A DNA stretch of 64,000 nt, from contig OY759726.1 in the NCBI GenBank assembly GCA_963662625.1, positions 1,184,001 to 1,248,000 on the forward strand, written 5' to 3'. The DNA is from Nitrosopumilus sp. Lineage in GTDB: Archaea; Thermoproteota; Nitrososphaeria; Nitrososphaerales; Nitrosopumilaceae. The first letter of the stretch is position 1, and every line of letters starts with the position of its first letter. A model generated the notes under the pieces. That model worked only from the letters and a program-made list of their open reading frames with translations. It did not search any database and had not been told where the DNA came from. The position numbers and the translations under genes were made by a program. Below, in pieces: positions 57,102-64,000 of the stretch.

Positions 57102-58244
57102 ATGGACCCCACGTTTACCGTCACTCCGCGGCTCGCAGTGAAGATGCTGGAGACGGCCCTCCGCCTGTACACCCCGTCGCTGGACGAGAAGCCTATGGCG
57201 GAGTTCCTCGAGGACAAGTGCGACGACCTGGGATTCTACGACATATCTGTAGACGAGGTCGGGAACCTGATCGCCAAGAAGGGCTCGGGCTCCCCGCGAA
57301 TAATGCTCTGCGGGCACATGGACGTGGTGCCCGGCAAGGTCAGGGTGCGCAGGGAGGGCGACGCGCTCTACGGGAGGGGGGCCTCCGACGCAAAGGCGCC
57401 GCTCATGGCGATGCTGCTCGCGGCTGCGTCCGTCGGGGAAGGAGACGGGACGATCACCTTCGTGGGGGCAGTCGACGAGGAGGGCAACGCGACCGGGATC
57501 AAGAACCTGGTGAAGAAGGAGATGGGCGTGGACTATGCGGTGTTCGGCGAGCCCAGCGGGGTCAGGCAGGTGACCATCGCGTACAAGGGAAGGCTGGCGA
57601 TCAACCTGATGATAAACGTGGGGGACAGCTCGCATGCCAGCGCTCCCTGGCTCTCCAAGAACGCGATAGAGGAGACGATGATCTTCTCGAGGGAGCTCAG
57701 GGAGGGGCTGGAGTCCGGCCAGGAGGGCAGGACCAAGGGCATGCTCCTCACTGCCACCCTCACCGAGATGGCCGGCGGGACTAGCCACAACGTGACGCCG
57801 AGGGAGTGCAAGTCCGTCTTTGACATACGGATACCGGTGGACATGGACTGCAAGGGCGTGGAGCAGAGGATCTCGATACTGGTAAAGGACATCGCCCGGA
57901 GGCGCGGGGTGGAGGCGTTCTACTCCATACTGGACGAGACCGAGCCCTTCGAGGCACCGCACGACTCCCCCATAGTCAGGGCGCTGACCCTGGGGATATG
58001 CGACGTGGAGAACGCCAGGCCGACCCTGATCCGGAAGACGGGCACGGGCGACATGAACGTACTCGGAAACCAGTGGAAGATCCCGGTAGTCACGTACGGC
58101 CCGGGCGATCCGCACGAGTCCCACACGATCGACGAGAAGGTCTCGATCGACGAGTACCTCCGCGGAATCGAGATCCTGAAGCGGACCCTGGCCCACCTGA
58201 AGAGGCTCCACGACAGGAAGGCGCGCCGATGCTCTGGTTCGTAG
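57102..58244 (+). CDS. lysK: [LysW]-lysine/ornithine hydrolase (M20 family)
   Basis: GHMDVVPG, GRGASDAK, DEEG and YGPGD..ESH motifs. Confidence 0.92.
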   Translation: MDPTFTVTPRLAVKMLETALRLYTPSLDEKPMAEFLEDKCDDLGFYDISVDEVGNLIAKKGSGSPRIMLCGHMDVVPGKVRVRREGDALYGRGASDAKAPLMAMLLAAASVGEGDGTITFVGAVDEEGNATGIKNLVKKEMGVDYAVFGEPSGVRQVTIAYKGRLAINLMINVGDSSHASAPWLSKNAIEETMIFSRELREGLESGQEGRTKGMLLTATLTEMAGGTSHNVTPRECKSVFDIRIPVDMDCKGVEQRISILVKDIARRRGVEAFYSILDETEPFEAPHDSPIVRALTLGICDVENARPTLIRKTGTGDMNVLGNQWKIPVVTYGPGDPHESHTIDEKVSIDEYLRGIEILKRTLAHLKRLHDRKARRCSGS

Positions 58245-59266
58245 GCCTGGGGATATCCGCCCCCGGGTCGATCCCGGCCGAGGCGTCGGGGATCCTCTCG
58301 GCGGCTGACGTGGTGTACGTGGAGCAGTTCACCAGCCCGGTCGCCGCGGCGGACCTCGAGCAGATCGGGGAGGCGGCCGGCGGCCGGCTCAGGCTTGCAA
58401 AGAGGTGGATGGTGGAGGACGGGAAGGAGATCCTGGGCAACGCGCGGGACAAGAACGTCGTCCTGCTCTCGTACGGGGACCCGTACGTCGCCACCACGCA
58501 CGCGGAGCTGAGGACGAGGGCCGCCAGGGAGAACATAGAGACCCGCTCGGTGCACGCCTCGTCGTCCCTGACGGCGGCGGTGGGGGAGTGCGGCCTGCAC
58601 TTCTACAAGATCGGGAGGATCGCCACGGTAATGGGGGACCCGAAGTCGCTTGCCACCCCCTACTACATCGTCTACAGGAACGCCGTCGAGGGAAACCACA
58701 CCGTCCTGCTGCTGGAGTACGACCAGGACGGGGGCTTTTTCCTTGACCCGAAGGACGCGCTAGGCGCCCTGGTGCGCGCCGAAGAGGGGCAGGGGAGGGG
58801 CGTGGTGGGCCCCTCCACCTTCGCCGTCGTGGCGTCAAGGATAGGGTCCGGGGACCAGGCCGTCACATGCGGCCTGGTGTCGAGCCTGGAGGGAGCCGAC
58901 CTGGGCAGGCCGCCGCATACCCTGATAATCCCGGGCCGGCTGCACTTCACCGAGGCCGACGCGCTGAGGGCACTCTGCACCTGCCTGGACGAGCCCCGGG
59001 ACAACGAGGTGCGGAAGATCTCCTCCCAGATGATGGAAAAGTACGTCCCGATGGTGAGGGAGGCCCTCGAGGAGGTGAGGCCGCGCTGCGAGGGCAGGGG
59101 GTACGACGGCATACTGGAGAACGCGGAGCTTTACGTGCGCGACGCCGAAAAGTTCCTGGAGGACGGCCAGGACGAGGTGGCCATACTCAGCATAGGCTAC
59201 GCCGACGGGCTGGTGGACGCGCTGAGGCTCGCCACGGGGATGGATCCGAAGTCATCGATGAATTAA
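58229..59266 (+). CDS. dph5: Diphthine (methyl ester) synthase with C-terminal DUF357-like domain
   Basis: FVGLG, GDPYVATTH, GLHFYKIG and HTVLLL motifs; tail YVRDAEKF...SIGYADGLVDA. Confidence 0.92.
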   Translation: MLWFVGLGISAPGSIPAEASGILSAADVVYVEQFTSPVAAADLEQIGEAAGGRLRLAKRWMVEDGKEILGNARDKNVVLLSYGDPYVATTHAELRTRAARENIETRSVHASSSLTAAVGECGLHFYKIGRIATVMGDPKSLATPYYIVYRNAVEGNHTVLLLEYDQDGGFFLDPKDALGALVRAEEGQGRGVVGPSTFAVVASRIGSGDQAVTCGLVSSLEGADLGRPPHTLIIPGRLHFTEADALRALCTCLDEPRDNEVRKISSQMMEKYVPMVREALEEVRPRCEGRGYDGILENAELYVRDAEKFLEDGQDEVAILSIGYADGLVDALRLATGMDPKSSMN

Positions 59267-59292
59267 AGAGAGGGTGCCCCGCAGGGAGTGCC

Positions 59293-59910
59293 GTGGACGC
59301 GCTGGAAAGATCGATCCTGACGTGCATGTACGTGGCCGGGATCAGCGGCCGGGATCCCTACGACCTACTGGGGGAGAGGAACGCGACCCCGAGGGCCGTG
59401 ATCGACTCCTGCACCGGCGGGCTCGTAAGGAACGGCCTGGTGGACGGGGACGGCAGGACCCTGACGGAACTCGGGCGGAACTCCCTGAGGGTGGTCCTTG
59501 CGGGGGGCGTGTTTGACATCATCCACCCGGGCCACATCCACACCCTGAATGCCGCCAGGGCGCTGGGGGACGTCCTGGTGGTGGTGGTGGCCACCGACAA
59601 CACGGCGGTACGGATGAAGAAGAGGAGGCCGCTCCACGATCAGGGGCAGAGGCAGGAGCTCGTCAACTCCCTCGCCATGGTGGATTTCGGCCTGGTGGGA
59701 CAGGAGGACGACATCTTCAGGACCGTGAGCCTCGTGAGGCCACAGATCATCGCGCTTGGCTACGACCAGGCGCACCAGGAGAAGTTCATCGTCGAGGGGT
59801 GCCAGAGGATCAACCTCGACGCAAGCGTCGCGAGGCTGCAGTCGCCCATCCCGGGGAGCTCCAGCTCGAAGATCGAGCGGGAGTACGGCCGATCCATACA
59901 CGGGATCTGA
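59293..59910 (+). CDS. ribL: Archaeal FAD synthase/cytidyltransferase (RibL-like) with N-terminal extension
   Basis: GGVFDIIHPGH, LGYDQ and SSSKI motifs. Confidence 0.85.
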   Translation: MDALERSILTCMYVAGISGRDPYDLLGERNATPRAVIDSCTGGLVRNGLVDGDGRTLTELGRNSLRVVLAGGVFDIIHPGHIHTLNAARALGDVLVVVVATDNTAVRMKKRRPLHDQGQRQELVNSLAMVDFGLVGQEDDIFRTVSLVRPQIIALGYDQAHQEKFIVEGCQRINLDASVARLQSPIPGSSSSKIEREYGRSIHGI

Positions 59911-59917
59911 CCGCCGC

Positions 59918-60565
59918 CTACCATACCACGTGTACCAGGTCCTTGAGGTTCCGCCTGGGCTTCGGGTGCTTCATCTTCGGCGCGTAGCCGATGCACATCA
60001 CGCAGGACGGGATCAGTTTGGTGCCGATTATGTCCGCCACCTCCTGCTCGTCAAACTTCCCGATCCATATGGAGCTGAGCCCCAGCGCGTGCGCCGCCAG
60101 CTGGGAATAAGCTGCGGCCAGGGTGGCGTCCTGTATGGCGAACTTCTTCAGGGTGTACTCGCTAAAGTCAAGCTTCACCCTGGCAGGGTTCTTGCAGAAG
60201 ACCAGGACCAGGGGCGCGTTCACGTAGGCCTGGTTGTTGCAGGCCCCGACCAGCCTCTCTTTCTTCTCGGGGCTCTTCACGTAGTAGATCTCGAACCCCT
60301 GGAAGTTCCCGGCGGTCGGCGCCGTGTCGGCCGCGGAGATTATCTTGTCCACCTTTATGGTCTCGACGGGCCTGTTGGTGAACTTCCTCGTGGAGCGCCG
60401 CTTGGCCATTATGGCAAACAGGTCGGTGTCGACCGACGCCTCCGGCGCGGACTCCAGTATGTGGTTGAGCAGCTCGTTGTGGATGCCGGGGTGCAGCTCG
60501 GGGATGGTCTCAGACGGTTCGTAGCCAAGCGGGTATATCCTTTCTGGCTCGCCGTGCTGCGCCAT
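59918..60565 (-). CDS. Nitroreductase family protein
   Basis: RRSTRKF, APTAGNFQ and GLSSIWIG motifs. Confidence 0.92.
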   Translation of the reverse strand: MAQHGEPERIYPLGYEPSETIPELHPGIHNELLNHILESAPEASVDTDLFAIMAKRRSTRKFTNRPVETIKVDKIISAADTAPTAGNFQGFEIYYVKSPEKKERLVGACNNQAYVNAPLVLVFCKNPARVKLDFSEYTLKKFAIQDATLAAAYSQLAAHALGLSSIWIGKFDEQEVADIIGTKLIPSCVMCIGYAPKMKHPKPRRNLKDLVHVVW

Positions 60566-60648
60566 GTCGCTACTCTGAATCTTGTAATATAACCTTTTGG
60601 TTGCCGCGCAGGCACGGCCGCCGGGCACGGGGCCCGGGGGCGCGGCGC

Positions 60649-61329
60649 CTAGGGATCGGGCCGGACCTCTATCAGGACCCTCGAACCGTCCTTCAGCCTG
60701 CCGGAATCCCTTATGCATGTCCCGGAGATCACCTCGATTATGGAGTCGTCGTGGTGCGTGCGTTCCAGGATCACCAGCTCGCCCCTGATGGACCCGTTCA
60801 CCGTGCAGCCAAAGCACTTTACCCACCCGTAGGTCCTCTTCCCGTCCGAGAAGCCGTTGATCCTGACTCCCTCCAAATTCCCGAGCTGCTTGATCGCGTC
60901 CCGGTGCAGCTTGCTTTCAAGCCTCACGTTGAGGGTTCCGGGGAACGGCACGTAGCCGATCTTGGACTTGAACTGCCTGGCGTACCCCCTGAGGGACATG
61001 TAGTAGGCGCCCTCGCCCATCCCGGAGACCAGCCTTCCCTCCAGTTCCACGCCGGACGTGGAACCCAGGCTCCTCTGGAGGACCGACGAGAGCTTCAGCA
61101 CCTCCGAGTGCCCCTTGGCGGTGACCCTGATCGAGACGTTCCTGCCGTCGATCGCCCTCTCCACGAACCTGCCGTTCTCCAGCTCCAGCAGGTGCCTTGA
61201 CGCCGCCTGCTGGGACTTTTTGATGCTCCTTCCGAGCTCGGCGGTGGTGACTGCGACAAAGTTGCGCCTTGCCCCCTTCGAGAGCAGGTGGGCGAGAGTT
61301 AGGATGTGCTGAATCTTTAGTTCAGTCAT
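60649..61329 (-). CDS. ribK: CTP-dependent riboflavin kinase with N-terminal HTH (RbkR-type)
   Basis: SQQAASR HTH; SGMGEG and PFPGTLNV motifs. Confidence 0.92.
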   Translation of the reverse strand: MTELKIQHILTLAHLLSKGARRNFVAVTTAELGRSIKKSQQAASRHLLELENGRFVERAIDGRNVSIRVTAKGHSEVLKLSSVLQRSLGSTSGVELEGRLVSGMGEGAYYMSLRGYARQFKSKIGYVPFPGTLNVRLESKLHRDAIKQLGNLEGVRINGFSDGKRTYGWVKCFGCTVNGSIRGELVILERTHHDDSIIEVISGTCIRDSGRLKDGSRVLIEVRPDP

Positions 61330-61336
61330 CTAGATC

Positions 61337-62479
61337 CTATGAAACGCCAAGGTCGCCGAACGTCTTCAGCTTCAACCCGTCCGAGTTGGACAGCTTTGCG
61401 ACCCTGTGGCCTATGACCACCTGGATCCCTGCCTTCTTGGCGCCCTCCAAGAGCCTCTGGGTGATTATGCCGTCCAGCAGGAGGTACTTGATCCCGGACT
61501 GGGTAGAGAGCTTGCTGACCACCTCGCTTATCGGGACCTTGAAGATCTCCTTCTGCTTGTCGTCAAGCGCGACCGCCTCGAGCGTCTCGTTCAGTTTCGG
61601 GTATATCTTCGAGACCATGTCTGCCATCGGCTTGTCGGACTCGTTTTTCAGCGTGGGCGCGGCCTTGCCGTGCTTGATCTCGTCGGCGACGGGCCTGAGG
61701 ATCTCGTCTATGCGTTTCGGGCTGAGCTCCTCCACCTCCATCCCGTTGTCCGCCCTAAGCTCGTAGTCGATCGGGACGACGGACCTGAGCTCCTTCAGGA
61801 TGAACCCGCCGGCGCGGTCGCCGTCGGTGAATGCCACCACGGTGTCCTTGGAATTGCACAGCTTCTTGATGGACTCGTCGATCTTCGCGCCCTCGATGGC
61901 AATCGAGTTGCCGTACCCTGCCCTAAGTAGGTTGATCACGTCGGCCCTCCCCTCGACCAGGATGATCCAGCCCGACTCCATCGCGCTCGGGCCGCAGGCC
62001 AGCTTGGACGGCCCGTACGCCGAGATCTTCCTGCCGTCCCCGGCATGTACGTCCTTCAGCATGCTCTCCCCCTCGCTGACGGTCTTTGTCGCCCAGCGTT
62101 GCTTGATCTCCTTTGCGCGCTTTACGATGTCGTCCTTCTTCGCGGCCCTGACGTCGTCGATCGAGTCGAGCTTGAAACTGCATTCGAACGGCCCGACCTT
62201 GTCGATGCTCTCTATGCCCGCGGCGATCAGCGCGCATGTGTCGATATCGGTGCTCATGGGGATGATCACGGCCCCGGAAGTCGTGTTGGAGGTGGTTCTG
62301 GAGGTTACCTCTATGCGGCCCACCTTGGACACGCGCTGCAGCTCGTTCAGGTTCATCTCCGGGCCCAGCAGTCCCTCTGTCTGGCCGAAGATTGCGCCGA
62401 TTATGTCTGCTCTTTCAACGAGCCCGTCAACTTCGTAGGAAAGCTTAACATGATACTTGACAATTCCCGATTGAGGCAT
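61337..62479 (-). CDS. dnaG: Archaeal DnaG (TOPRIM primase-like/exosome-associated)
   Basis: GAIFGQTEGLLG, VEGRADV and DGDRAG motifs. Confidence 0.96.
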   Translation of the reverse strand: MPQSGIVKYHVKLSYEVDGLVERADIIGAIFGQTEGLLGPEMNLNELQRVSKVGRIEVTSRTTSNTTSGAVIIPMSTDIDTCALIAAGIESIDKVGPFECSFKLDSIDDVRAAKKDDIVKRAKEIKQRWATKTVSEGESMLKDVHAGDGRKISAYGPSKLACGPSAMESGWIILVEGRADVINLLRAGYGNSIAIEGAKIDESIKKLCNSKDTVVAFTDGDRAGGFILKELRSVVPIDYELRADNGMEVEELSPKRIDEILRPVADEIKHGKAAPTLKNESDKPMADMVSKIYPKLNETLEAVALDDKQKEIFKVPISEVVSKLSTQSGIKYLLLDGIITQRLLEGAKKAGIQVVIGHRVAKLSNSDGLKLKTFGDLGVS

Positions 62480-62723
62480 AAATTATTCATCTCCTTAATT
62501 ATCATACAGTTCCATCTCAGTCTCTATATATGAGGGTATCGCAAGAAATGCCGCAAAAACCCCGAAAATTGCCCAAAATCGGGCGTTTTTTGGCCCGGCT
62601 GCCACGGCGCGCAGTCTATTGCTGGCCCGGTTTTCAGACAAAAAACAACCCGCAAAGGCAGATTTGGGCAGGGCTGTGCCACAGCCTGGCTGGGCGGGAC
62701 GGATTAAAAATGGGGGTTGTGGG

Positions 62724-63074
62724 TTACTCGGTGCTAAACGAGTGGCCGCACGAGCAGGACTTTACGACGTTCGGGTTGTTGATCTTGAACCCCGAGCCCA
62801 TGAGGCTCTCGATATAGTCCACGTTTGCACCTTTCAGGTGATCCACGCTGTAGCTGTCTACCAGGAGCTTGACCCCGTTCTCCTCCATGACTAGGTCGTC
62901 CTCTTCGGCCGCCTTCTCAAAGCCCATTCCGTAGGACAGGCCCGAACACCCGCCGCCCTGGACGTATACGCGCAGGTACTCGGGTTTCTCGGCTTCATCC
63001 TTCATGAACTCCTTGATCTTTTCGGCGGCCTTTGGCGTGACCGTGATCATCTTCTGGGTCTGTTCAGATGCCAT
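62724..63074 (-). CDS. erpA: A-type Fe-S carrier protein (ErpA/IscA/HesB)
   Basis: GGGCSG and CSCGHSF motifs. Confidence 0.95.
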   Translation of the reverse strand: MASEQTQKMITVTPKAAEKIKEFMKDEAEKPEYLRVYVQGGGCSGLSYGMGFEKAAEEDDLVMEENGVKLLVDSYSVDHLKGANVDYIESLMGSGFKINNPNVVKSCSCGHSFSTE

Positions 63075-63131
63075 ATTGACTAAGGCCGCGTTAAATTATA
63101 ATAACCTTTTTGTCAGCCCTCGCCCGTCAAT

Positions 63132-64000
63132 TGTAGGGAAAGTCGGTCCGCATCGGATCAAGAGGACGGTAGCCGGCCATTTTAGGCTGTACCGATCACG
63201 GAAGGCCATGACAGGAAGACTTGCTGAGGGGTCCCGGAAGTACCTGGTCAGGCAGCGAGAGAAGGGCGTGCCGTCATCCCAAGTGGCGCGGGATCTGGGA
63301 ATCGCCGCCAGGCACGTGCGGGGGCCGTGGGCGGGGTTCCCGGAGGCCGGAACGGCGGCGGCGGGGACGGGCAGGCCGCGCGCCTGCATGACCGCCGCCA
63401 TGATGCGGCTGGTCACCGGCGCCCACGGGAGGCGCCCTGCGGGCGTGGTGCGCACCGCGAGGCGCCCCAGGAGGGACCATGATACAAGCTGCCGCCCCGC
63501 ATGCCGGATACTGGAGAAGGCCGGGGCGGCGGCCGCGTCTGCCGCAAAACCGGGGAGGCGCGAGCGGGCGCGCCACGGGCGCAAATGCCCGGACGCCACG
63601 TGGCACGCCGGCTGGCACGGGACGAAGGACCCCCGGTTCAGGGGCCCCCGGCTGGTCGCGTACCCGGGCGGCGCCCCGCGGTGCGCGGTGGCCGCGCGCG
63701 TGCTCGCGCAGGCCACGCCGGGGAACGCCGTGCCGGCGCCCAGGGACGCGATCGGGCGGTTCGGCACGCCGGCCACCGTGCTCCCCGGCAACGGCCCGTG
63801 CTTCGTGGGCCGGAACGGACGCAGGAAGGCCCCTCCCCGGCCGTGGAAGCCCACCGCGTCCGGGGCGGAGCTGCCGGGCCTCGGGATCGAGCTCATAGAC
63901 GCCAGGCCGCACCGCCCCCAGACCAACGGGAAGGCCGGGAGGTTCTTCCGGAGCGCGGGGGACGGGACATGGCGCCACGGGAGCATGTCCGAGCACGTGG
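63132..64000 (+). pseudogene. Degenerate IS481-like (HTH + rve integrase core) transposase, running off the window end
   Basis: Frame from ATG 63208: VARDLGI HTH, WHAGW, VAYPGGAPR, VLPGNG and RPHRPQTNGKAGRFF, which are decayed WHTDW/YLDDASR/SDNG/PQTNGKxERF motifs; a possible TGT end at 63132 is tentative. Confidence 0.8.

Noticed and set aside
119-63996. The many long overlapping or antisense ORFs in the six-frame track
   Set aside because: They are shadow ORFs expected at high GC, rich in Arg/Gly/Pro, lacking motifs and overlapping well-supported genes

Overview
A GC-rich (~65%) archaeal chromosome segment from a Nitrosopumilaceae-like ammonia-oxidising archaeon (Nitrososphaerota/Thaumarchaeota). 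The assignment rests on the unsplit Rpo1 (A'A''), the PEFG-CTERM and CFI-box-CTERM surface proteins, the S-layer-like paralogues and the LysW-type Arg/Lys cluster; the high GC and decayed IS copies suggest a host-associated lineage, which is inference. Most of the window is housekeeping: ribosomal proteins, RNA polymerase, the mevalonate/isoprenoid operon, split MetH, an ABC transporter, Arg/Lys biosynthesis, riboflavin/FAD genes, dnaG and one tRNA-Leu(GAG). The standout is a nested mobile-element system at 10261-12981. An intact archaeal IS110 element has recombined at a TG core into the left 17-bp terminal inverted repeat of an IS5-family element. Its left non-coding end carries two structurally parallel stem-loops with 7-nt segments matching the target (TCTGTTG) and the donor junction (ATAGGTG), i.e. 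a candidate bridge RNA. A right-end TATA box and an 11-bp closing stem would complete this RNA only after circularisation. A decayed second copy lies at 45941-46217. Other observations: strongly A>G/T>C-biased decay of IS relics, a second LysW ending in EDWGQ instead of EDWGE, a uS4 with an 18 x 24-bp acidic repeat tail, an unannotated 53-aa Cys-rich protein, a DtxR-like operator before a multicopper oxidase-ZIP operon, and a low-GC frameshifted D-Ala-D-Ala-ligase-like gene next to a broken thioredoxin. All calls were made by eye, without database searches.
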